In this document: positions 24,981-38,134 of the stretch, piece by piece
How positions within the stretch are numbered: position 1 is the stretch's first letter
How the letters are laid out: every line of letters begins with the position of its first letter
Assembly (NCBI RefSeq): GCF_036321535.1
Contig: NC_087438.1
Span: 12,588,001 to 12,652,000, forward strand
Length of the DNA: 64,000 nucleotides
Reading direction: 5' to 3'
Origin: Camelus dromedarius
Taxonomy: Eukaryota
Translations under genes and position numbers: made by a program
The notes under the pieces: generated by a model
Told to the model about the DNA's origin: nothing
Seen by the model: only the letters and a program-made list of their open reading frames with translations
Database searches by the model: none

Positions 24981-25824
24981 AATATCTTTTGTGAGATGAT
25001 TAATTCATGGCAGAGACGAAATATACAGTGTTAATTGTTGGCATTAGCTGCCGGCCATATTTATATTGGAACCAGACTTTTGAATTTCAATATGCACAAA
25101 CTTGTATCTTTGTACTTGGACAGCAAGCAGACTCAGCGGATGGCAGACAGAGTCTGCCTATTAAGAGGAAAGCCTTTAGCATTCACATGCCAGATTCAAG
25201 AAATGCCCAAATTCTCCATTTCCCACTGGAGCTCTGGGATTCTAGGCTTCCTGGAGAACACGGACGCCGGAGGCCTGAGAGCCCCTTCCTGGTCTCAGAT
25301 GAGACGTTCATTCCCATTTAGAGAAGCATTCTCCTCTCTTGGAATGATTTTCTGTGCTTTCTTTTGTTGGAACGCATTGTACTTTTCAAAAGCAAGATCC
25401 CCTCTCTCCCCTTTGCTTAGGCATGTTGAGAGTGGTACGTTTTCCTAAATTGCCTAACCAAGCAGAGCAATTAGCGCCCAAGGAGACAGGAGGCTGGCTG
25501 CCTTGCAGAATGAATGGTTTTCATGGGAACGGCAGTGAAAGCACTGCACAGAGCAAGGAAACTTGCCAGAACCTTGTTTGGTGCTGGCCCTCCTGTTTGG
25601 TTTTATAAGAAGTTGTTTATATTTGCTGATGCTCTAATAAACAGCCCTTTTCATGGGGCAAATCCTTGAAATAGTTTCCTTCCCAACATGAGTCCCTATC
25701 GCCAGTCAGACCCTACAACCCAGAATTAGCTAAGAGTAACCATGGTCTCTGCTGTTCTCTGGCAAATTAATTCAGCCATCGGGAAGCCCCTGGTCTTTTG
25801 CCTCCTATGTGAAGATTTTCTTCA

Positions 25825-26578
25825 ACCACTCGGTTTTCAGATATTCATCAATTGGCCAACTGGGTCAGATCTTGTTTTGGACAATGAGGATGAAGTGATG
25901 GATGAGACAGACAAGGTCCCATTTCTCATGGAGCTGACATTCTAGTGGGTGTAGTCAGACAATAAACAGATAAATAAACATGAAATGTGTCAGGTGCTGA
26001 TAAAGAATGCAGAGAATTAGAATAGCCTGTTAAGATGGTGAATCTCTAGCCCTGTTTGGGTTGTCCAGGAAGGCATCTCTGAGATGGATTCTGAATAATA
26101 GCTCAGATTGGCCTATTCAGAAGAGGGTTGAGTATGTCAGGCCAGGGAAAGAATAGGTACCAAAGCCCCAAGATAAGAAATAAATTGGTGGATTTAATAA
26201 AGAGAAAACCAGAAAGAAGGCCACATGGAAAGGACTTACTGAGCAAGGGAGAGAGTGTACTATCTGATAAGTTTCAGTAAGTAGACAGGACATTGTCAGT
26301 TGTCATAAAGGACATCGAAAGTCAGAATAACGTGATGGGGTTTTATTCTAAGTGTGATAGGAAGGCAATGGATGATTCTAAGCAAGAAATGACATATGAT
26401 TTGTGTTTTTAAAAACCCACTCTGCTGGCTGAGTGTTAACTGTACTGTCGGACCACCCAAGGAGGTACAAAGGTGAGTGAGGAGCCTATGACAGAGGGAA
26501 GTTCAGGAGAGAGAAGATGGCTGGACTAGGGCGGCAGTGGTGGAGATACAAAGTAATGTTAGAACTGGGATATGAACT
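25825..26578 (-). mobile_element. LINE-2 (resumes briefly at about 27353-27390 after the MER21 insertion)
   Basis: 'acagacaaggtcccatttctcatggagctgacattctagtggg...ttttattctaagtgtgataggaaggcaatgg...gatggctggactagggcggcagtggtggagat'. Confidence 0.85.
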
Positions 26579-27352
26579 TGTGCGTTGTTTTTTTTTCCTA
26601 ACAACAGTACCAACTGGGTGTCTGACAATCAGTTCAGTTCTGACACAAACTATCCAGATTTAGCACAAAGCTTAGTTCCATACGACGACCTGTTTTAGAC
26701 ACCAGCCTCACACGAGATCCCTAGACCACCTGCACTTCTACATGGCTGGGTACAAATTTGGGGGTTCCCATGATACCCCCTGGGGTTTGCCAGAATGACT
26801 CGCAGAATGCAGGAAAGAGCTATATTTAGGATCACAGTTATTAGAAAGGATACAGTGATCGCCCAGATGGAGACGTGCATAGAGCGAGGTCTGGAAGGGT
26901 CCCAAGTGCAGGGGCGTCTGTCCCCTTGGAGTTAAGATGCACCATCCTCCTGGCATGTGGATACCTTCACCAACCCAGAAGCTTCTTTACTTTCATTGTT
27001 TCAGAGTTTTAATCCAAGCCGCACTGCATAGGCAGGGTTGATTAAATTATTGGCCATTGGTGATGGAACTGGATCTCCAGCCTCCTTTCTTTCACCAGAG
27101 GTGGGGACTGGTGAGGAAGTCCCAACCCTCTGATCACCCGCTTGGTTCCCTTGGTGACCAGCCCTCATCCTGCAGCTCTGTTAGGGTCCTGCCAAGAGTC
27201 ACCTCATCAGCATAAACCCAGGTACGGTTGAAGGGGCTCATTATAAATAACAAAAAACACATCACTCAGGAAATTCCTAGTGTTTTCTGTACTAGGAAAT
27301 CTGTACTAGGAATGGGGACAAAGACCAAATACATATTTTTTCTTATAGCCCA
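26579..27352 (-). mobile_element. Solo LTR, MER21-like
   Basis: 'ccaactgggtgtctgacaatcagttcagttctgacac...tacaaatttgggggttcccatga...ggggacaaagaccaaatacatatttttt' is the reverse complement of recalled MER21. Confidence 0.85.
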
Positions 27353-27390
27353 GAATCGGAGGTAGAATTTATAAGCTGGAATGTGGGGAA

Positions 27391-27800
27391 TGCAGTGAGG
27401 GTTCAGAGAAACAGAACCACTGTAATAACATTATATCTGTATCTATATATTGTATTGTTATCATATAATATTATCACATAATATATGTATATCAATATTA
27501 TGTTATCTATCTATCCAAAGAGATTTATTATAAGGGATTGGCTCTTGAACTTAGGGAGGCTGGGAAGTCCAAAATTCTCAGTGTTGGCTGGCAGGCTCAA
27601 GACCCAGGAAAGCCAATGGTGCAGGGCCGGTCAGAAGGCAATTTGCTGAAGAATTTGCTTTTGCTCAGGGAGGCCACTCTTTTGTTCCATTTGACCTTCA
27701 AGCAATTGGATGAGGTCCACCCACACTGTGGAGTGTAATGTGCTTTACCCAAAGTTCACCCACTTACCTCCCAAGTTGATTTATGAAATTAACCATCACA
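27391..27800 (-). mobile_element. Solo ERVL LTR (MLT2-type)
   Basis: 'agggttcagagaaacagaacc...gagatttattataagggattggctc...gaaattaaccatcaca'. Confidence 0.88.
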
Positions 27801-28207
27801 ATGTGTAACTCCTAGCTTTCTTGCTTATGTGTCACCAAATCATCTTGGTGTCTTAGCTTATTGGATGATGATAGAGATATGTGATGTAGTCTGGATTTTG
27901 TGGTTTCCAAAGCTTGTTGAGATCACTGTACAAGAGTTTTTCTTGCCCCAGCACTTTTTTTTTTTTTAGGTGATGGTGAGGACATACCAGGAAGAAGGGG
28001 AAAAGTTAGAAGTATTTGTTGATATATTTAAAAATTTTGAATTGATTGGCCATTGCACGCCCATGGTAGAAGAGCAGTGAGGACCGCATGTAGGCAGATG
28101 TGTGTGCAAAAGCCTGCAGTGTTGCAACCTCTGTGTCAGTTACAGGGGTCTTGGAGCAGCTTCTGTTCAGCAGCTTCCTTATCAATATACTGATCTTAGG
28201 AATGGTC

Positions 28208-28232
28208 TTTTTTTTTTTTTTTTTTTTTTTTT
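28208..28232 (+). repeat. poly(T)25 tract
   Basis: Seen directly. Confidence 0.95.
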
Positions 28233-29490
28233 GAGCTTAACAGACACAGTGTGAGCAAAGTTTTATAGGAGGATGGCATATCCCTCCTGCTGGATGGCCA
28301 TCAGAGGTGAACTGGCTGCTGGTGAGTGAGGTCATCACAGGATGAGGAGGGGAGGGACAGCAGCCCTGTCCTTGGGCACTGGTGATGCTTAAGGAGTGAT
28401 GGCGGTAGAGTCTGTAGAAGGTGGATCACTCAGCTGCCCTCAAACTGCTGGGGGTCAAGCAAAGCTCTTTGCATCCCTTCCTCTTGTGCACATGGCCACT
28501 CCATGGCTGGCCCTTTCATTCGGGATCCCCAAATCTTTTTCCTTCAATGTCCCCTCACTTCCCTAACCTAGAGAGATTGTTCTATGTTCTTCGGGGAGAA
28601 ATCCTTTCTACCCCAGGCATGTTTCTGCCAGGGATTTCCTTCTATCATTCTGCAGTGCTCTTGACATCAATTCTGAAGGACCTTTGCTTCAGTTTGGACA
28701 TCAGTCTTTAGGAAACAAAAAGCTCTGAGCTTCTCAACTCATGCAAACAGAACTTCATTAGAATGGCGTGGGATGGAGCAAGGTGCCAAGAGTTTGGGAA
28801 AGAAAAGGGAAAAACACTGGAGGGGAAAAAAGATCATTTAATATCTCAAAAGTGTTAGCCTGGCCTATGAAGATCAGGATCTCAATCCAATATTTTTCTT
28901 TCAAGTAATCCACAGAAGTCTGCTTTCCCATCAGTTCCTAAAAGAATAGCTGTTCCATTATTTGAGTGAATTTTTAATAATATTTTTTTCATAATGAGTT
29001 GAAAGTCTATCCTGAGAAAGCTGTGAGAATGCTCAAACTAAACTGCAGCCCAGAGAAGCAAGCTAAGAGGAAGGATAAACAATGACCTCCATTTAACAAT
29101 GTCTCCCTCCGTTGGCCAACCTTTCCTCGTAACACAGACTCCTCTTGTAGACTTTATCCCTTCATGTTGTTCTCTGTCCTTGCCTAGAGGCACATGGTCC
29201 CCAAGTGGGATGTATGCATAAGGCTGAGTGTGGGGAAGCCAGAGGATCTCTTTGGGTGTGGGAAGCAAATATCAGGATTTACACTTTAAAAAAAATCTCA
29301 TCTTTTACATTTTTCTGCTTTTTTTGATGTTAAAATATTAGTAACACAATGAACATGCATGGAATATAAAAGTAAGTCCAGTGGTACAAGAAAAATTTTC
29401 AGGACTCCTGAGCTAGAAATCTTGCAGGTTTATATTGTCTTTTGTAAGCCTGACTTTCTAAGTCATTGGTCCTAAAAGCTTGAATTGCTT

Positions 29491-30000
29491 TTTTTTTTAG
29501 TAGTTTTTTTTTTTAATTGAAGTAGAGTTGATTCACAATGTTGTGTTAGTTTCAGGTGTACAGCAAAGTGACTGTTATATATATACATATACATATATAG
29601 AGAGATATACTTTTTCAGATTCTTTTCCATTATAGGTTATTACAAGATAATAAATATGGTTCCCTCTGCTCTACAGAAACATATATAAGTAGGTCCTTGT
29701 TTGTTTATCTGTTTTACATATAGAAGTGTGTATATGTTAATACCAGTCTCCTAACTCCCCCCACCCCTTTTCCTCTTTGGTAACTTTATACATTTGTTTT
29801 CTATGTCTGTGAGTCTATTTCTGTTCTGTAAATAAGTTCGTTTGTACCATTTTTTTTAAAAAGAGATTCCACATGTAAGTAGTACGGTGTTATGTTTGTC
29901 TTTCTCTGTCTGACTTACTTCACTTAGTATGATCATCTCCAGCTCCATCCATGTTGCTGCAAATGGCATTATTTCATTCTTTTTTATGGCTGAGGAATAC
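29491..30000 (-). mobile_element. 5'-truncated L1 3' end (cetartiodactyl-type)
   Basis: T-tail then 'aattgaagtagagttgattcacaatgttgtgttagtttcaggtgtacagcaaagtga'; TSD tgaatt(g/t)ctt at 29481-29490 and 30001-30010. Confidence 0.93.
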
Positions 30001-30010
30001 TGAATTTCTT

Positions 30011-30135
30011 TTTAAAAGTGCTGATTTCTATTCTTCCCTGCCCCTAATTATGTTTCAATTGGTCTTAGGTTGTGCCCAGTAATCTGAATTTTAAGAAGAT
30101 TCCCAAATGGTTCCCGAATAGAAGTTGGAAAAGAA
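30011..30135. mobile_element. MER5-like hAT-Charlie fragment (host of the L1 above)
   Basis: 'ttcaattggtcttaggttgtgcccagtaatctgaattttaagaagattcccaaatggttc'. Confidence 0.5.
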
Positions 30136-30734
30136 CTCAAAGTACTAATTTCCAATTCCTCATATTATCTCCATGTAAAACACAAGACAGCATGATTTAT
30201 CTGCAGGTTTTGTCTGAGACAACTTGCCCCAGATTATAATCCTTCACATAGATTTTCTACATTGAAGCATTGGCCCATCATATGTTCTTGGCCCCTAGAT
30301 CCCAGTAGAGGAAGAAGACTATTTGAGCTATTTCTCTGTAATTTTTAAAATTCTTGCCTCTATATGTTTTCATAGCCTGTATTGTCAGTGAGCAGTCATA
30401 TCTCTGCATTTTCCCCTTGTAATTACAAACCAAGTGACAGTGACCTCAAATGATGCTCTCTTGGCCTGCTCTTCCTGCCCCAAAGGATGGTCCTCTGTAT
30501 GTAGCAGACACCTCTGACATCAGAACTGTAATAGTTACATGCAGGTGTGCTCCCAGCAACGGTGGAGGCAGGGTGTGCCATAAATGAACTAAAGATGTGA
30601 CCTTTTAAATATCACTTCTCTTAAGGTCTCAGATTGTGGGATGAATACTGGGAAAACGTCATGCCAAACATCATACAGCCCAACCAGCATAATTTGCTCT
30701 ATTTCCACTAATGGGGAAAACATTAGTGAGTTTT

Positions 30735-31322
30735 CTTCATTTTCTTTCTTTATTTTTTATTGAAGTATAGTTGATTTACAAAGTTGTGTTAGTTTCCAGT
30801 ATATAGCATAGTGATTCAGATATATATCTATATATCTATATATATATATCTATATATATATTATTTTTCATCCTGGGTTATTACAAGCTATTGAATATAG
30901 TTCCTTGTGCTATACAGTAGGACCATGTTTATCTATTCTGTGTATAGTAGTTTGTATCTGCTAATCCCAAACTCCTAATTTATCTCTTCCCCCTACTTTA
31001 TCCTTTGGTAACCATAAGTTTGTTTTCTATGCCTGTGAGTCTGTTTCTGTTTATAGCAGCACTATTTACAATAGCCAAGACATGGAAACAACCTAAAAGT
31101 CCATCAACAGATGATTGGATAAAGATATTGTGGCATGTATGTACAATGGAATACTACTCAGCCATAAAAAGAATGAAGTAATGTCATTTGCAGCAACAAG
31201 GATGGACCTAGAGATTGTCATACTAAGTGAAGTAAGTTAGACAGAGGAAAGGGAAATATCATATGATCTCACTGATATGTGGAATCTAAAAAAAATAACA
31301 CAAATGAACTTATTTACAAAAC
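30735..31322 (-). mobile_element. L1 3' end with 5' inversion (twin priming)
   Basis: Antisense L1 30735-31052 joined to sense L1 about 31048-31322; degenerate TSD aaaacattagtgagtttt / aaaacatcagtgttttt. Confidence 0.92.
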
Positions 31323-31670
31323 ATCAGTGTTTTTACTGTAAGTTATTTCCCCTTTCCACAGAGCCTAGCAAAGGAAACATCAGGAAAATAGGAGAAGGGG
31401 GATCAGTTGTGCAATATAGAAGCCATAATCTCACCTTGTGATATTCAAACTGGGATGTGCCTACCTCGTGCAGTAAGAGCAGACTTTCCAAGTATTGGAT
31501 GGAATCCCTGAGAGCTTTTAATGGATTTAGATTCTAGACCCTCTACTTCCAAATATTCTTTTTCTAGGGAAATGATCTGCCTCAGCACACGTTATGGAAG
31601 GTGCTCAGTCCTTCTCCTTTCCACCTCTCTTCTCACATCTCGTTTTTGCTGCTTTATGAAGAAGAGCATG

Positions 31671-31787
31671 GATGGTGGTGATTGTTTTGCAACAGACAAA
31701 TGTATCAAATCAACACATTGTACACATTAAACTTAGACATTGTTATGTGTCCATTGTATCTCAATAAAGCTGGAAAAAAAGAAAAAA
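31671..31787 (+). mobile_element. Short L1M 3' end with AATAAA and A-tail
   Basis: 'gtatcaaatcaacacattgtacacattaaactta...tgtatctcaataaagctggaaaaaaa'; TSD aagaa(ga/ct)gcatg at 31659-31670 and 31788-31799. Confidence 0.85.
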
Positions 31788-34700
31788 AAGAACTGCATGT
31801 CCCTTTCATATAATAATTCTTATATGTGGCCTTTTTCACCATGAAAAAATTTCAGTAAGGCAACACAAAGCATTATGTTGGTGTCAGATAAGTTTCTTTT
31901 AATCCAGACACCAAAACCTTGCCTATCCATTTTATTAAGAGAAGCTATTTCCCCCGATTTTACTTTTTATTCTTACTAGTTATAAAAAATTTTATGTTGT
32001 TTAATTAATTATGGACTAATAATAACATCAAATTGTGACTTAGAACTATATGAGCACAATGACTTAAACACTGTATACATTTAAAAGTATCTGCATATAT
32101 TTGATCATTTATGATTGAGTGATCAATAAAAGGCATTCAGATGGAAAAATAGATCATCTTATAGTAAGTTGTGTGGAAAAATGAAAGAAAAATAAGATTT
32201 CAAGGAGAAAGGGAATAATGTACAATTTGTGACTTTTACAAAATAGCTTATTCACATGTTTTGAAAATGAATGATGGTAAATTACTCTGATATTTAAATG
32301 AACAGTTTTTAAAAATATCACAATTGAACTAGGATTCTAGAAATTCTATCCTTTGAAACCATTTAAACTAACAATAAAAAAAATTTAGACGTCACCCTAA
32401 AATGTGGTCTGTCATCAAAAGTTTGAAGGTCTAACCACTTGCTAACAACTTTCATACTTGCTGCTGGAGGCGTTATATAATAGGCTTACTTTTCTTTCCA
32501 ATTATTGCTCTGGTTTTAGTTTAGTGGTGGGTCTAAAATTTTTCCCATGAATTCTTAAGTTCCAGAGAATGAGGGAACTTGAATTCTTAGATGCTGATGG
32601 AAAAGAGCTAGTAAAGACAAAGAGATGGAAGATAAAGATGAGAGAAGGAGCTCTGATGGACCAAGGCTCTGGAGGAGGTATGTGTGAAGGGATGGAATGC
32701 ATTGAACAAGAAGAGATGTGCCTTTTTTTCCTGCCTCTACTGTGAAGGAAGTGAAATAAACATGGCTATAGCTAACTTTATAGTGATGATGATGGTGATG
32801 GACGATCTGAATATTGTTTAGCTAATAAAGGCAAATTGCCTCAATTTTCTTGTTGAATGTAGAAGCAATTTTTTTGAGGGTGAGGATGGCAGAAGTTGGG
32901 TAGTGGGCAGGCAATGTACTAAGGTTTGGATGGAGTTGCTTTCCCCAAGAAATTGTGAAATTGTGCCACAGAGCATTGGTTTGCCTCCTTACCACGGTGA
33001 TTTTTATGTGAATCAAATATTGGACTTACTCTTTTACATCTAATTTTTTTTTTTAAATTACATCTAATTTTTAATGACATTTTGCTTGTAGGAAAGAGTC
33101 CTGTGGATTTGCAATTCTTTCCCCCCAGCTGTTGATCTGTAAGCATTCTCATAGCAGTTGATTGTCTCTGGATTTGGAGGACTTCCCTCTTTTCACCTCC
33201 TTCTTTCTGTTCCAATAAGAAAGAGAAAACCTATGGAGTCATGTGTCTGGTGTACATTCTTCGCTCAGAGTCAATCCACAGCCTTCTGTGGGGCTTTGTG
33301 AATCCCAGGGCCCTCAGGGCTCTGCACCAATCTGTTAAAATGCAGAACAGGAGGGACCTTGGGGGTTACTGAATGGGAACTTGTGTGCATTTGCAGCACA
33401 ATGGGGCTGTAGGCTCCCAGGCAGAGGCTTACACCTGTGTCTCAGAGAGAGCAGGAGGCTGGTGCGATCAGCTGATGTTTTGTGCCCAAGACATTTGTTC
33501 CTGCCTGTTAGTCTCTTAAGCATGACCCTTGTAACACTCCTGCCCTCATGCTTTACCCCATGTTACCCCTTTCTTCTGAACCATTCTCTATGCCAAGGAT
33601 TCAGCACAGAATGTTAGGACTGAAAATGAAGCAGTTAACAGCACAGCTTCCCTATCACTCTGGGGCTCAGAAACAGAAAGCTTTTTCTTGGTCTCAGATT
33701 AAAAAAATCTTTATCTTAGCTTTTCTTTTTAATAAAAAAAAAATTGTACCTGGTATTAAGTTTTGGTTGAGAGTGCAAGCGTCCAATATACATTTTAGAT
33801 GAATTGTTACATAATGTAACATACATATTATTTGTTTACGGTCCGCCTCCTCTGCCTGACCCTATGCAATGCTTGTTATGGTGACAGGCATGTCATGGGC
33901 TTAATAACTGTAGAATGTAGAGCATATTGTTTCTGATCATAATAATCTATTCTTAGAGAAGTGTGATGAATCTTGTTACCCTGAACCCTGGGCATTTCAG
34001 GTGAGCAGAAGATTGAATTTGATTTAATTTAGAAAAGGGCTATTTGATTGGTTTGCAGCTGCGAAATATAGGCTGACCCTCAATTCCCAGCTCGCTAAAG
34101 CAAGGGAACTGATGTTGGACCTGTGACCTTGGAAAAGGTTTTGTTACGGGAAACAAAGAGATGCTCTGTGGCAGAGTCTCCCTGACCAGCTCTCCAGGTC
34201 TTCCCCTTTCTCACTTCTTTTGTGTTCTCTGGACTTGGACTTGAGAGCAGATTTGACCATCTTTTTTTTTTTTTTTAAACATAAGACCACGTGGGTGCAA
34301 ATCAAAAGCCACAGATCCCTGAATGCAAGAAATGTAACTTAATTTATTTTTCTATAATGGAATTTAATTCCCATTATGAGCCTTCACTCTACCAGGCAGC
34401 AAAACCTTTAAGTCAATTTAGCAACCCTCCTGCCTGCATCCCACAGTTGTATGGGGTCCAAACTAATTTCCAAGGGGCTTTAAGATATGTCTCTGCCCGG
34501 TGGGGATCGGGGTGGGGGGGGATCTGGCTGTCCCATCACCAATCCACATCACCCTCTGCTGGGAACACTCATTCCTGCCTGCTTTGGTTTATTCAGATTG
34601 CCCTTCTTTTGAGTTCTGTGGCTCTGATTCCAAATCCTGCCCAGCATGGCCTACCAAACAGTCCTCCCTTGCCTCCAGCAATCTACCGGCCCTACCTCCT

Positions 34701-35114
34701 CTATGTGTCACCGTCCTGTCCTGCTCTTCCCTTACTTGCTGACACCCCAGTCAGTCACAACTGAGGTCCTAGTTTTCCCAGGATCTATTGACCCTTCCAG
34801 GAAGGGTGTCCTTTGGGGGACAGGAAGGACATGAGGGTCTCAGGCATGCCTTAGCTTCGAGTTCTCCTTATTAACTCTAAATCTTTCTTTTTCCTTCTTC
34901 TTCTTGCCTGAGAAGACAGCATCTCATCTTGGGGTCAGAAAAATAACCTCGGGCTGAGTACTGCTCCTAAGTGTTTTAGGCCTGGACCGAGGCTTCTGAA
35001 ACTCAAAGCCTGAGCCTACCTTCTGTCCTTCTGTCCTTCTCTATCCCATTAACTGGTTTTATTGCTCTCCATCATATTTTCATCAGTTGATCTTTAAAAC
35101 AAACAAAAAAAAGG

Positions 35115-35257
35115 TTTGCTCATTGACTTCTCCCTACCAAAATATAAAAGTCTATGAAGATAGAGATTATTTTCAGCACTGAGGACAGGGTCTTGCATAT
35201 AGATGGTGCTCAATAAAAATTTACTGGACAAAATAATGGATGAATAAATGAGTGAAG
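35115..35257 (+). mobile_element. LINE-2 3' end
   Basis: 'acagggtcttgcatatagatggtgctcaataaaaatttactgga...atggatgaataaatgagtgaa'. Confidence 0.75.
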
Positions 35258-38134
35258 TTGATCCCTGTGTCCTTCCGACTTATTCCTTTTCTGAAGCAGT
35301 GTCACAGCCTGAGCTGGGGGGAGGGCGACAAGGCCACAGAGCCCAGAAAAAATAAACTTAGTTAGTATCTCAAAATGTTCTCATTACATATATATACAAG
35401 ATGATAACAATACTATTTAGTTTATTATGCGATGGAGCTGATGTTTTCCTAAAGGTAGATGAAATCTCTTCCTGGTTCCTTTCTGGTGGGTAGATTTCAT
35501 TTCCTGATGTGCTTGCCAGGAAGAACTTGGCAGAGATTTGGAATGTAGCTCGACCATTCATCTTGGGATAGCTCAGTGGAGATTTTCACTCCCAGTTAAA
35601 TTCATGCGTTCTAGCCCAAGTCACTGCAAAGTCCTTGTTTACATTCCTCTTAGAAACTCTTGATACAGCTGGTTGCAAAAGTGCTGCGGAATGCAATGAA
35701 ATATAAAAATGAAGACACGAGTGGGAAATGGACTTGAAGTTCATGATAGTGTTTTTTTTTTTTTTTCCCTACCCAATATATTAGTAAGGAAAACACACGT
35801 ATAGATAGATTTAGTTTTACAGAAATGATATTTTTTCTAAACTACTTTGCTCTTAATAGAACAGTAGCTCCGATTTTTTTCTCTGAATCTTAATTGAGTG
35901 TTAAAGGCCATAAATATTTTGAAAAGATTTACTGATTCACTCATCTGTCTCCAGCTGAGATAGAAGACATCAAAGGCATAAATTGAGGAAAACCAGGGCG
36001 AATCCCTCAGGTCATAAGTCTTAGTGAAAATTCTCCTGGGTTACAGACAGGAGAAAGATTTGGAGTTCCCTTTGAGAGTAAGTACAACTTTCTCATAGAT
36101 TATAAGCACTGGTAAGATTAATATTTTAAGTCATCTGTTTATTTTTGATACTAAATGATTACTTTTCACTTAGGGAACTAATTTTTTTTAGTCATTTAAA
36201 AATACTTGGCAAAAACAGACCCATCAGTCACAAGTTAGATAGTGGAGATTGAAAATGTAGCTCAGTTTTGCAGATTCTGGGCCGTTTGAAGATCTATTTC
36301 GAAGAAAAATGATGTGCTGTCCACATAATTCAAGCTCTAATCAAGTCTCTCCTTTCTGGTAACTCCTGATTCAGATGTTTTTCATTTTATGCCATGCTGC
36401 TCCCTTGAAGATGCAACTAAACCAGATCATCTTTTAAATGTACTGAAAGCACTGGCTGTAATAAATCACGAAAGGAGATCTCTTCTCCAAACTGAATCAC
36501 TGCCTCTAATGCAGCTGACTTTTAAATTTGAATTCCCCGAGGCTTGACTTAAAGCTTGGCTCAGGGCCAGGCTGCCATTAGGAGATTTGTGTGGTGACTC
36601 AAATACACTCTGTGTAATTGCCCGCAGGCTTGCAAATGGTCCCAACAAAAGGACTAGACACATTTTTATATAACTTTGTAGGAAATAAAGACACACTATG
36701 GAAATTTTATTACAATAGCCACTTTCCATTAGCTTTTATTGCTCATGTGCGTATAAGAAAAGTAATCATACAGATGTAATTAAATTGGGCAGAAAAATTT
36801 CTACCCTTTTTGTTTTTTTTCTCATTATAGAGAAGGCTCAGACAAGGGATCTCTTTGTCATGTGGTCACACAAATCGTGAGATTTTGACTATACACTCCT
36901 TATATGCCTGAAGATCATCTTCTTGACCTCTTTTCATTGCCAAATGGAGCCATTTATCAATGAGATGTTCTATGAGCTGGTAGGAAAGACATGTTACAGG
37001 GTCTCTATGCTTTGATTGCTGTTCTCTGGTTCTTCATAAAAAAAAAAATGCAGACTTGCCCAAAGGTTCAGCTCACTGTAGGTGCTCAGTACTGCTGTTT
37101 GTCCTTGGGGACTGTCGTTTCCTGATTATCTGGAATTTGGGAAAGCAGATTTTCCAGTGAGAATTTCCCTTTGAAATCAGCTGATGAGGGATTAAAATAA
37201 TATTATACAAAGGATTCTTAAAAGAGATAGAATGGATCTTTGGACCCTCTAACCCAGTGAAAGCATCCTTTATTAGCTGTGTTACACCGTCTTTCTGCAG
37301 GGAGGTTCAGCCCACTTGGAAGCTTGGATAAAAGGGGAGTCACAAGGCAGACAGGGTGTTACCCATCTAAGCACCATCCAGGGAAAGCGAGTTTTCATCA
37401 AGAAACCTCAAGTGCCAAGGACCCAACTGATGCCCCTGTCCCTGTTCCAGAGGCCATAGCTCAACAGCATTAAACTTCCTATTAATATTACTCCTTGTGT
37501 TCTGAGTCCGACCTCACCATGCCACTTACCGAAGACAGTTTTCTTTCTCTTGTAGGTTTGCATGGCATTTCTGAGTTCAGTGAGTCAACGGACTGTTGAT
37601 GTATGTCTGACTATTTGCTCCTCTTAACGTATTTGGTTTCTTGTGAATATGCATCTGACAGACAACAGATCTCATGTCCAGCATACAGAAAATTCATTTT
37701 CTTATTTGTTTGGTCAGCGAGGACCCATTGTGCACTCACTATGGCTAACGCCAAGTCAGCATGTCCTCTTGGGAGAGATCGAGGATGCCCCACTGGCTCC
37801 GTGCGTTTCCACTAGGAAATATCTTCGAGCCCGTTCCCCTTCTCCCTCCCCAACTTAGTCTTTCTCAGGTTTTGATGTGGCCCTGTTGTTGCCAGATGCT
37901 CATGCAACCGCTGAAAGGCTTTGATAATTTTCATTAGCTTCCTGGGTGGCAAAATGAGGAATGGGATTGAGCTCTGCTTTGCAGATGAAGCTTTTGAAAA
38001 CTCTGAATTTCAAATGGCCCTCTATTCTCACTCCCAGGGCTGCAACTTCTTTGGTGGTTGGCTCTTGGATTTTGGGAAAGATTCCTTAACACACAACAAT
38101 ATTTGGACTAATGGCTGTAAAACCTTGGGGCCAT

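Noticed and set aside
34291..34764. Longest ORF (157 aa)
   Set aside because: Starts at GTG, no recognisable domain, no promoter or splice context; this length is expected by chance in 64 kb
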